A DNA stretch of 64,000 bases, from positions 375,065 to 439,064 of the forward strand of contig NMRA01000360.1 of assembly GCA_002633005.1 (NCBI GenBank), read 5' to 3'. This DNA is from Phoronis australis (taxonomy: Eukaryota > Animalia > Phoronida). The translations under genes and the position numbers were made by a program. Position 1 is the stretch's first letter. Every line of letters starts with the position of its first letter. Shown here piece by piece: positions 24,001-33,600 of the stretch. The notes under the pieces were generated by a model. The model saw nothing but the letters and a program-made list of their open reading frames with translations. It did no database searches and was not told where the DNA came from.

Positions 24001-25304
24001 GTCTTTTTTTCACCTTGTCTTTTTTGCATAATAGTATGGCTGACATTAAATCGCTTATGACTGAGATGGTGCATCTTAGTAAACCATTGTTACCATTCCA
24101 GATTACTGGTGCAAAGGCTCCCCCCATAAAGCATTTGGCTCTGTGGCTGAAACAGAACCCTACGTTTGACGTGGACCCCAAGTGGGCACACATCGTGAAG
24201 GAGAAGGCCGACATTCCCGACGAGCTCAAAGACAGGATACGTCTTCCATCAGACAGGGGGCGCCGCAGTATGCCCAGCAGCTCGCTGCTGCCACCTGAGC
24301 TCCAGTTCCCAGGAACATCTGGTCTCGGTGCATTGCCCAGCCTCACTAATCCAGCCATGTTGAGTGCTATGCACAAGTTTCCACTCAACGTTCCGTTCGG
24401 TGGTCTTCCCTCCATGGGCCTAATGTCTTCAATGATGGGTCTGCCCAACTTCCCCTTCCCAGTCGTCTCCACGGCCAACTCGGACTCCGCCAGTGATAGA
24501 AAGAGCCCCAAGGACTCGAGCAAGCGCAAGTCTGACTCGCCAGGTAGTAGTAGCAATGCCGCTGTCGCGGCGGCTGCTGCCGCCGAAGCAGCAGCGGCGA
24601 CTTCAGCTGCTGCGTTTCCGTTCATGTACAACCCGTTCATGTATCACTCACTGTTGGCAGCGCAGGGCCTGGCTGGCTTCAGTCTTCCTACCAGTCTTCC
24701 CACCTCGTTTGCCACCTTGGCTCAGGCAGGGCTGGCTAATGGTTTGAAGGAATCAGAGGAGACGGAAGAATCCGCACGCAAGTCGGAGGGTGAACAGGAG
24801 GAGGCCCAGGATTTGTCCGTTAAGAAAACAGTTGAGCCAGAGAAAACTCGTGAGGGAGGCCAAAGCTCTAGTGAACACAAACACTCTAAGGAGAAACATG
24901 GCCATCATCACCACCACCATCGAAAGCACAAAGATCGACATGGGGATCACAGTTCACAACGTAAGACAGACAGCAGCAGTCAGTCGTCTTCGTCGCGAAA
25001 AAAGATTGAGCGAATCGCTGAAGCTCTAGCCATTAAACAGAACAAAGACGGCGTGGCGGAGGATAGTCACCCCGAGCCAACCAAAGACAAGGGTCGAATC
25101 TCGTCTCCGGTACCGTCTGTAAGTGAGCCGAAAAACGATGGCGAAACTTTGGAAAAGAGCAAGGCTGTTGATGCTTCTAATGTTGCAGCTAGTGCTCTGG
25201 TAGTGGAAGAAATGAAATCTGATAAAGCGGAGAATGTTGTTGATGTTGAGATGGGGTGTGAGTCTGGGGAGGTGGACGATGTGAAAGAAAGTGTAGATAA
25301 TTAA
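1..25304 (+). CDS. CHD7: Chromodomain-helicase DNA-binding protein, CHD6-9/Kismet subfamily; 3' part only (end of helicase C-terminal domain, SANT/SLIDE-like region, two BRK domains)
   Basis: GT-AG exons joined in frame: <1-111, 440-619, 1224-1334, 1718-1971 (duplicate 2182-2435), 3113-3200, 3466-3574, 3949-4120, 5814-5903, 6304-6404, 7897-8008, 9624-9757, 10185-10309, 10654-10930, 11806-12019 (duplicate 13132-13345), 13868-14004, 14737-15173, 15519-15647 (duplicate 17293-17421), 18444-18689, 19408-19480, 19951-20036, 20555-20641, 21441-21567, 22305-22489, 23655-23771, 24102-25304 (TAA). Diagnostic peptides: [100 protein letters not shown]-type [17 protein letters not shown] and [17 protein letters not shown]. 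The symbol is nominal because the gene is co-orthologous to CHD6/7/8/9. Confidence 0.95.
991..1111 (+). ncRNA. SNORD8: Intronic box C/D snoRNA, SNORD8/SNORD9 (mgU6-53)-like guide for U6 snRNA Am53
   Basis: Terminal stem CCCTGTGTT/AACACGGG; box C ATGATGA 1000-1006; GCCATGCTAAT (1010-1020) is the exact complement of U6 nt 50-60; D'-like CCGA 1022-1025 puts U6 A53 at the fifth position; box D CTGA 1101-1104. Confidence 0.9.
1598..2523 (+). repeat. Tandem near-identical duplication (1598-2057 vs 2061-2523) containing one CHD exon; probable uncollapsed haplotypes
   Basis: Copies are separated by a single N at 2058 and differ by scattered substitutions and small indels. Confidence 0.8.
3252..3408. 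repeat. 30-bp minisatellite, about 5 copies, in a CHD intron
   Basis: Unit ACATGTTGTTGCAGTAACACTRTATTGTAA repeats at 30-bp spacing. Confidence 0.95.
4177..5647. mobile_element. Non-autonomous Tc1/mariner-superfamily DNA transposon, about 1.47 kb
   Basis: TA|CCGTATTCGCCCTAATAA ... TTATTAGGGCAAATACGG|TA: terminal inverted repeats with TA on both sides; no transposase ORF. Confidence 0.85.
6539..6749. mobile_element. MITE of the CAGGGCTTGGAAT family
   Basis: AGGGCTTGGAAT ... ATTCCAAGCCCTG termini; internal similarity to 21065-21326. Confidence 0.85.
8036..9173. mobile_element. Non-autonomous TIR element with subterminal TACAC/GTGTAAAT repeats
   Basis: TA|AGCCCCATTTATA ... TATGAATGGGGCT|TA; both ends are rich in TTACACCCGTA and GTGTAAATTTAC motifs. 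Superfamily uncertain (Harbinger- or Tc1-like). Confidence 0.75.
10951..13367 (+). repeat. Tandem duplication (10951-12288 vs 12290-13367) containing one CHD exon; probable uncollapsed haplotypes
   Basis: Single N at 12289; the exon copies encode the same peptide; intronic indels differ. Confidence 0.8.
12013..12288 (+). repeat. 50-bp minisatellite that includes the exon end and 5' splice site
   Basis: TAA|GTGAGTACTGTTGTGTAAC with GT at 12020, 12070, 12120, 12170, 12220 and 12270. Confidence 0.95.
13433..13670. repeat. Dispersed repeat fragment, second copy at about 29290-29495
   Basis: Shared blocks CATACACCARAAGCTTT, ACCATCAAAGT, CTCGAACAAATACT and TTGCCCAAATCGGCAACTGGCCATTTTTA occur in the same order. 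Confidence 0.75.
16565..16798 (+). repeat. 29-bp minisatellite containing a 3' splice site, at least 8 copies
   Basis: Unit CTGAATATTATGTTGTAG|GACCGTGTCAT; AG ends run from 16582 to 16785 every 29 bp. Confidence 0.95.
18310..18455 (+). repeat. Same 29-bp acceptor minisatellite, 5 copies; the last copy is the productive acceptor
   Basis: AG ends at 18327, 18356, 18385, 18414 and 18443; only the last continues as [14 protein letters not shown]. Confidence 0.95.
19014..19185. repeat. 19-bp minisatellite, about 9 copies
   Basis: Unit GATGTGATACATATATGTA with variants. Confidence 0.95.
19209..19298 (+). ncRNA. Intronic box C/D snoRNA copy 1; dual guide for 18S rRNA (SNORD36-type Am668 and SNORD19-type Gm683)
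   Basis: Stem TGGAAATACA/TGTATTTCCA; box C ATGATGA 19220-19226; guide AGATCCAACT followed by D' CAGA 19241-19244; guide CGAGCTTTTTAAC(C) followed by box D CTGA 19285-19288. Confidence 0.92.
20343..20442 (+). ncRNA. Intronic box C/D snoRNA copy 2 of the dual-guide family
   Basis: Stem TCTTGGGG..ATACA/TGTAT..CCCCAAGA; box C 20358-20364; both guides intact; box D 20423-20426. Confidence 0.92.
20732..20827 (+). ncRNA. Intronic box C/D snoRNA copy 3 of the dual-guide family
   Basis: Stem TACGGAAATACA/TGTATTTCTGTA; box C GTGATGA 20745-20751; guides GGATCCAACT-CAGA and CGAGCTTTTTAACC-CTGA (box D 20812-20815). Confidence 0.92.
21065..21326. mobile_element. MITE with CAGGGCTTGGAAT TIRs and 6-bp target site duplication
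   Basis: AACTGT|CAGGGCTTGGAAT ... ATTCCAAGCCCTG|AACTGT. Confidence 0.92.
23195..23282 (+). ncRNA. Intronic box C/D snoRNA copy 4 of the dual-guide family
   Basis: Stem GGAAATACA/TGTATTTCC; box C 23205-23211; both guides intact; box D 23270-23273. Confidence 0.92.
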
Positions 25305-26818
25305 TTAGAGATTGTCATCTCTATTGAGATTATGCCTATGGGATTTCTGTTTGAAAACAGCCTGATTTTTGTTGGACTACAGCGCCACTTGACTGTGGAC
25401 TGGATTGTGACCCTTGCAAAAGTAGTTACTGTGTGGCAATAATTGTTTCTGTGTAAATAGCCAAAGTTTGACAATACGTACTCGATACTGTGATGTGTCT
25501 AAGATAGTAGACATTTCTTGACTGGTGTCGTTTAAACCAAAGAACATTTGAACGATCACTGTTTAGGTCGGCTAGTCTTTTTATATTTTTTATTTTATGA
25601 GCATTTTTGTGTCGAACTTGTGTAGATGTGAATGTTTTTAGTGTTTTGTGTGACTAAATATGAATCATGATAGAATTCTAGGACTGACCTGTTCATTTGT
25701 TGTGGGGTGCATTTGTGATGTTATGGACTTGTGGGACGCTCTTTTGTTAGTGACAATTCAAATTGAAGAATTAAATAAATTTACACAGAGTGTAATAAGG
25801 CATTCCCATGTCATCTCAAATGTTGTTATCACATTTCCTGATTTTGACGAGATTAAACTCCCTTTTAGAGGCTGTCACTTTTAGTCCTGCTGCATTTAAA
25901 AAAATCCTCAATTGTCTTTTCAGCACTCAGTGCAGATTTCGGTACTTCTAATGTAAGTTGTAAAGAACAGAACTTTTGTTTCGATCGCTAGTGGTCTTAT
26001 ATGGGTTTACAAACGGTTTATTAGTTTAGATCTAGTCGTTGTGCGTGCTCATTGTGTATATCTAATTCATACTCGAATTGTGTAGTGGAACCATAGCTGC
26101 AATCTTTTGATGTTTGTTCAATTGTGTTATGTAAAGACAGATGTTATAATCAAATAGTAATTTATTGCCCTCAATTACCATTTTCAATAAGTTATTTTCT
26201 ACATGGGATACGCCTGCATTCAGCCATTGTGCTTGTCATGTCTGTGGTTAACATATTGAAGACTATTTTTATCATGAATAAATTGTTTCTTTATATTACA
26301 CTTTTTCATCATTTTTTGTTTTTGGCACTTATAACTGACACATCGATTGGGAAAATTGACCAGCCTTGATTTCTGCAAACTAAGGTGCTCGAATAGTTTT
26401 AAGTCAGTTCATTGTTTTCAGAAGTCACGGTGTATGAACGATAACCTAAAGTCCTCTGTTGTGAACTCTATGCTTATCTGGTTCCTGTGAGGAGTGTAAT
26501 GAAACTGGTACTTCAGAATTCTTTCCTCACAAGAAGTTCCTTGCTTACCAACATCTTTACTTTCCTACTTTTCACTCACAGGCAGAAAACCAGAGTGAAA
26601 ACTTGCTTGGTACGCTGATGAACTTCTGTACGTGATATAGTACAGTACATCTCCAGAATTCAATGTTTGTTCTGTACTGCTATGTGCAATACAATGCCAG
26701 CACTAGATTGTGGTTCCTTTTTTCATAAAAAAGAATTTGTGTACTGTATTACCCAAAATATAAGGTCACTACCTTATAGTAGATTTTGGTCTTATTTCTG
26801 GGTCATTTGCATTCTGGC

Positions 26819-26882
26819 GTGTACTAAGTGTTCGCCATGTTGTAGGTAATTTTAATTACAACATGGCGAACACTAAGTACAC
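26819..26882. repeat. Near-perfect 26-bp inverted repeat with 12-nt spacer, intergenic
   Basis: GTGTACTAAGTGTTCGCCATGTTGTA ... TACAACATGGCGAACACTAAGTACAC, one mismatch. Confidence 0.9.
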
Positions 26883-27592
26883 TAATTAAAATTCCCCGCA
26901 TTTGTTCTCTTTTTTCATTCAATATTTTTATGGAATGGTTTTAGTAAAGCAATATTCTATATTAGACATTAATTCATTTTGATCGTGACAAATTGGCAAA
27001 AACAAAAAAAAAAATAAAATGGCCTTGCATTCGACACGACAGTATTTGGGCCTCAGACTACAATGTGTGGCTGTGGCCTCATATTCTAGGTCATTCATTT
27101 AGGGTTCTCAAAAACGCATGGTTTGGCTTATAAGGCCATTGTTTCATACTCCGGCTAATGCGGTACACGTGAAAATGAAGACAGAGGGACTTTCTCTGAG
27201 AAAAGATTGCTGTTGGTGAGTACGGTCGTCGGTTCGTGTACGAGGAAGATTAGCAACGTTTTTAAGTCGGAATGCGACTTGTAGAGCGGACAGCGTTCGT
27301 GGTTTCGCTAACTCAGCGATTACAAACGATATTTTGGCGTCACCTATAGGCACTATTACTGGTTGACTGTTTGGGCGTAGCACTACCTTAAAGTAGGTCA
27401 TGTAACTGCGCGATTACTGCAAAGGAATTACAGTTCAATACAGTTTTTAAGAAATGTCCTTGTATATACGGTGGGTTACTTATGCAGTAGACTTGTCTAC
27501 TGTGAAGTTTTTGCGTGTATTAGTATGGCGAAAGATACGTTTACTGTCGGATTATTTTGCTCATTTGCTTTCGTTCATTAAATGGGTCAATG

Positions 27593-27601
27593 TTTCCCGC
27601 C
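27593..27601 (+). promoter_or_regulatory. Canonical E2F site just upstream of the RBL start codon
   Basis: TTTCCCGCC about 70-80 bp before ATG 27672; weaker E2F-like sites near 27332 (TTTTGGCGTC) and 27525 (TGGCGAAA); local CpG enrichment. Confidence 0.6.
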
Positions 27602-27671
27602 ATTTGATGCGTGAGAAAAGATCGTGTAGTTTGTATTGGGGATTTAAATTCCCCGGTTTTAAAAGAAAAAA

Positions 27672-30600
27672 ATGGGACTTTCAGAGGATGGCGATGAAAA
27701 TGTGGAGCAACAGTACGAAGAACTATGCCTGACACTAAATTTAGAAGCAAATACCAAGGATGAGGCGTGGCAAGCCTTCGAAAGAATTAAGACAAACTAC
27801 ACCTTAGAAGTAAGCGTTATTTTGATCAGCCATTTTTGTTTGGTCTTGGATATTTAAAAATGTCGGTTCACACTCAGATTTAGATTTTCAGATTTTCACG
27901 TCCGGCTTGTGGTTCAGTAGTCCATTTTATTTTATTTTGTTTTACTTTAGGGTAATGAGCTGCACTGGCTTTCCTGTGCGTTGTACGTTGCATGCAGAAA
28001 GACGAAAGTCCCTACTGTTGGACGTGGAGTCGTGGAAGGCAACTGTGTTTCTCTCACGAGACTGCTGCGGTCATCAAAACTAAGGTGAGTTTAGGCAATT
28101 ACATCGCCCTGGATGCCACAGACATACAGGGGCGATAGCACATCCCCACCAAAAGTTACGATTTTCAGAGTACAGGAGATAAAATAAAGTGAAACCTGCA
28201 TATATGCACATGAAGTTGTTGTTAACACATACCATAACAGTCTGGAGATGATTCAGTCAGTATAATTTGAACAAATCGATGAAAGTCAGTCTCGATTTGC
28301 TAGAGTTTCTCTTACCGGGTGCCATTTTGTGGAAGGTACGTGAAATTAGGCATGTTGACAAATAAAAAGTCCGAGGAACACAAATCTTACAAATTTCACA
28401 TGATAACCTTCCCATGCTATTTTGCAAGTGTTATGCACCAGCGTCACGCGGTTCGCTCAGTCTTGCGCTAGCCTTTGCCTAACTCACGTGAATCAGTTGA
28501 AATACTTTGTGGTTATTGCGCTTGTGGTGAAAAAGTTAACAGTGACTAAAAAGTGGAGTTGGAATTCTTTGCCAAACTCACCTTAATGTGTAGAAGTAGA
28601 AAGGACCACTGAAGAAATAAGCAGTTTTTTAAGTAGTAGTTCTAAGTGTGGAATGTATTTTTGATGAGATGAAAACTCCTATTTGGTGGCTGGATTTGGC
28701 CTACCGCCCTTTTAAAATACACGGGACAAAATTCGTACAGAAAGCGATGAGAAGTATTGTAGCCCCTAACCGGCCAACTGAGGGGCTACGTGTTGCCTAA
28801 GGTGAGTTATGGTCTATCAAAATTTCTCTTTGTCATAGGTATGCTCCTGTACTTTGAATCTACTATTGATGAAGTTATTATTGCAGTGACTAGGTTAATT
28901 GTGTTACTCTTTGCTTTAGAAATAATAATTTTTCTACTGGTTTGCCTTTTTTCCACTGGTGCTGTGCAGTGCTTGGTTATTTGAGTAATCGTAAACATTA
29001 GATGTGAGGTACGAGCCTGACATTGGTAATAGTCGGATGCATGGGTCCCTGATTTAACAACCAGTTACTCCCACTTAATAACGCCCGATCAGTGGTAGTA
29101 ACTGGTTCTCAAATCGATTTTTAATCAGGGACCCTCCTGTTTTTTGTGTGCAAACGTGGAGTTTCAATAAGCCCTTTGTGTTTAGTTACATAAGTAGATA
29201 AGTTCCGGGAAATTTGGACGAAACTGCCCTACTGGACTTGCTTATAAATTAGACTGGACTAAGGTCTCAACTGGGCTCAGGAGAGACGGTGGCCTTCCAT
29301 ACACCAAAAGCTTTACAGCAGGTTGTGCCTTGTACTGAATAAACCATCAAAGTTATGTTGCTACAGGTAGCTGTTGATGTCTTTTAATGTTCTAGCTCGA
29401 ACAAATACTTCCGCCTTCAAATTGTTTTTCTAACAGTCCTTCGTTCACTTGCCCAAATCGGCAACTGGCCATTTTTAAGCTGCTTACGCCAGGGGATTGA
29501 ATTTTACCGCTCTCCGAGTTTCCCAGAACTGCCCCTGTCATACAGTAATTTTTATTGTGTTACTGGCAGTTGTGGCAGGGAAAAGCTATTAAATTAGTGA
29601 CATACTTTTATTTTGTGAACATCCACAAGACTGAGGGATAGGTTGTCTTGTGGACACATAATGAATAAAATGAATTGTGCTTTTTCAGTTTGATCCAGTT
29701 CTTTAACAAGATGAAAAAGTGGTGTGACATGTCTAGTTTGTCAACCGAGTTTCGCGACAAAATCGAGAGATTGGAGCGTAATTTTGCCGTGTCCACAGTT
29801 ATCTTCAAGAAATTTGGACCCATATTTTTGGAGATCTTCAAAGATCCGACCAGTGACCCTCCAAGGCCCCCCAGAAGTAGAAAGCAGAGGTAATGTGGTT
29901 TGTACTCTACATAATTTCTGGTTTTTGTTTAACTGCGGGTGTTTATGTTTAACATAATTCTGTCCTTCTACAAATGAGCTTGTGAGTTGCCTGTAGGGGC
30001 CTAGAATGTGTTTGCTTTGTCTGGTCAATGCCCATATCTTGTTCATTGGGGAATTGGGTGACTTTCATGTATTGATTTTCGCCTCTAGAAGCACGGGTTG
30101 TTCCCATCCCCATCTTCTATATTCGCCATGAACACTAGTATATCACTGTTTTTTTTTGCAAATTATAGGTCACTANTTTTTTTTTTTGTAAATTATAGGT
30201 CACTATGTTAATGGCAGTTGTCGAAAGCTGGTGTAACTAATTAATAAACTTACTTTTTTTCTTCCACTGGCCAGTGGGTGCATTGGGTTACCTATTAGTT
30301 GGTGGTTTCAAAGTTTGTACACGTTACATGTCTGGGTGAAATCAGAAGTCGACGAATCGTTAATTTATGTCATTTTCATGTATAAACATACGATGGAAGT
30401 AACCTTGAGCTACTTTTCAACCACACTTTTGCTGACTTCTACTATACTTTTGGTGGTCACAATATAAAGAATACTTGCCGTGAGATCAGTCAAGGCTTTT
30501 TAGGCACCTAAAAATATGTGTGGGCTTGAGTGCATTATAAATTATAGAAAATGCAAATTAATTGAATTAAAAAAATCAAATAAATATTGCACAGTCTTTT

Positions 30601-33600
30601 TAACCTCTTCAAAAATTTCTAATTATAAGATATGCAAAATGTGGGTTGTTTGTAGACATGTCAAGTGCATGCTTTTTGGGGTATGTGCCAAAAATATCCC
30701 GTGCATCTGAGCATGACAGCCCAACTGGAGTAGGCATCTGTTGGGTTAGTGATGTTGTTCATGGAGATGAAAAAAAAATTATTCATGTCTTGGAAGAATT
30801 TTACTGATATGGATTACATTGCATTTTTCACATTCATCTGTTAACACAAAATGCTTGCAGTCGCTAGATTCTCCTGCCACCTATGTCATAGGGCATGACT
30901 ACCATTTGCGCGTGGAGTTGGGGCAAGTTCAATGGACCCTTTATGTTCATTTTACACATGCCAAGAGTGAAGAATTATTCCTTCTTTTGCCCCTGGTTGT
31001 TGAAAGGACAAGGCATTATCTTCTTTTTTTTCTATAAAGTGGTCAGTGTAGTGATGAGGCTGTTTCTCCCAGGGTTTGGTCGATTTTAGCGTGTCGGAAA
31101 CATCTACAAAAAAGTTTATGTCAGTTCTTAAGCTATGTGTACTAGGAACAATGTAGTCACAAGTAATGGCTGTTTTCATTGGTGTTGTGCGTGGACATTG
31201 CTTCATCCAGTTTTTGTTCTCTTGCAGACGTTTACCCTGTACTGTGACCGATGTGTTCAACTTCTGCTGGACCATGTTTGTGCAAGTGAAAGGTAAACAG
31301 TGATTAGTTACGATTACGCTAGTTCACAACCACGCTAACTCACAACCACGGCATCCATATGTGTTGCCTTTGTCTGCAGTGCTTTTCTATAGGGTTTGTG
31401 TAAACAGTGGGAATGTGTTGAATCGGTGGACATTGCATGTTGATGCTTGCTGTAGTTTGGCTGAGTTGATGCTTGCTGTAGTTTGGCCGAGGTGGCAACC
31501 AGAATGAAGGCAGGAAGTTTGAAACTTGACTTTTTGTCAATACTTTTATGATTTAATATATTATATAAGGTTTGAGAATTTTTATTAGCTTTGTTTGAAC
31601 TCTGTAGATGTTATAAAGCGATTGGAAATGTTCCAGTTATTTGATGAAGGGTTATTGATCTTTTGAAAATTAGAAAGAGCAACTATTTTTGCTAATAGTC
31701 TTGTGCGTATGTTCTGTGTTATGTGATGTTTGCTTATGTGTTCAGTAAGGCATTGTTTTTTTTATAATGAATTTTTTTCTGTAAACTCGCGAGTTAACGC
31801 CCTTGGCACTTAAATTGGGAAACCCTTAGATGGGGTAGGCGATTACCAGTGGCGGATTTAGAGGGGGCCAAGGGCTATACCCCCCCAAAAAACTACCAGA
31901 TTCCATTTGGCAGTTCAGAGGTGCGAATGTCTGACTGCAAAATCCTGGCTAATACTCTGCCCTGGTCTGCCCCTTACAAAAAATCATGGATCCGCCCCTG
32001 ATTGCCCTAGCAGTGGGCGCTTAAACCGAAAATTAGCAAAAGTTGGGGGTGGGTGATTACCCAAGCAGTGGCTGCTTACGTCCAAATTTTAGCTGAACTA
32101 TGCAAGGGCGCTGGGAGTTCATTCTAGTTCGGTCAATCAGCGGAACCGACAACTACAAAGTTTCTAATGGCTCAAACAGAAAGAGGATTTTGACTTAGAA
32201 AGGGTGATTTGGTGAGACTATTGCTAAAAACTCAGTGTGTTTTCAGATATATTAGCACGCTGCAAAATGTCATATAGCGGAACTTTATGAAACTGGAATG
32301 GCAATCCACTTATCTTATCAGCAAGTACTGTTTCAGATCAGTGGACGTGACTACATTTCGTTTCGTTGATTAAAACACAGATGATTCGTTTGCAGCCCGA
32401 CCTAAACTTTGCAATTGCAACGAGAGGGGTATGTGATTAATTGCTCAATTCAAATCTGCCTCGACCTGGGAGATAAAGCTAGCAAAATCATGTGCTCCAT
32501 ATGTGCAACTTGTATACTCAAATAACTTCACTGTCCAATCGAGATCATTAGAAAGTGATGACTAATCTCGTAGTAGAAAAGCAACGGTTCTTCTAAAAAT
32601 CTACGGAGTTGGCCTTTTATTAATTTAACAAAAGACCAGTTAATAAGGTTAAGAAAAGGTCGTTGCAGCGCTTAAGTTATTCCGCAAATACGACTAAAAC
32701 GTGCTTTTTGAGACTATCGTACACAAGCATGCCGTGTTTTCCACAAACACGGAAGTCCGAACCCGAGGCAAAGCTGCACAAGTTCAAGCTCAAGTTTTGT
32801 TAGCAGTGAGTTGGGGACGGACAATTACTTAAGAAGCTGAAATTTGCGCAAAGTGGGGGATGGGGATGGGCGATTACCCGAACAGTGGGCACTTACATGG
32901 AAATTTGGCAAGTCGGGGGTGGGCCATTACCTGGGCTTGGGCGTTAAACCGCAAGTTTATGGTAGTTATCCAAAACACACGGGAGTTTACTGCTGATCAA
33001 CTGAAATGTTCGTTTTGCAACTCGGCATTGATTTTGATCACGTGCATTGTTTCGCCGTCCGCAGGTCACTTCCCGGCAATCAGTGATGACCTAGTCAACT
33101 CTTACCACCTCCTACTGTGCTGTGTAGACTGGATGTACAGTAATGCCCTGCAGGGGAACCGCAAGGACCTCCTCAATCCTGCCTTCTCTGGTAAGTCTTC
33201 CTGCTGATTTGTACAGTTTGCTGGCACTCTACGCATGGTTGAAAGTTGGCTCGAGTTATTTGAGCAAAATGACCTGGTTTTTGTCATTTTGCTTGAGACT
33301 ACGTAACAAAAAGTACAGAAGTGTTAGTAGCTATTGGCCAGTGTCACTACCAAGGTCGCGTGAACAGATACCATGAAATTTGAGAAGTGTAGGCGATGTA
33401 GTTCCAATTTTTTTACCACTTGCACTAGCCTGAGTTAACGGGTGAAGTGTTGTAATAACAAAAAATCATGCTTGCAAAGTGTCAGTGTTCTCCACAGCCC
33501 GTTTCGACTCATTGCAGTTACGAGTTTGGATTTTGATGCATCAAGTTTGACTCACATGAGTTGAGTTTGAAAAACACTAAGAGTTTAAAATAAAATCATA

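Noticed and set aside
23949-24101. N-terminal extension of the 451-aa ORF
   Set aside because: Intron sequence that happens to be open; the BRK domain continues from exon 23655-23771 into the acceptor at 24101.
23906-24640. 244-aa minus-strand ORF (and 14714-15217)
   Set aside because: Antisense shadows of low-complexity CHD exons with no independent splice or domain evidence.
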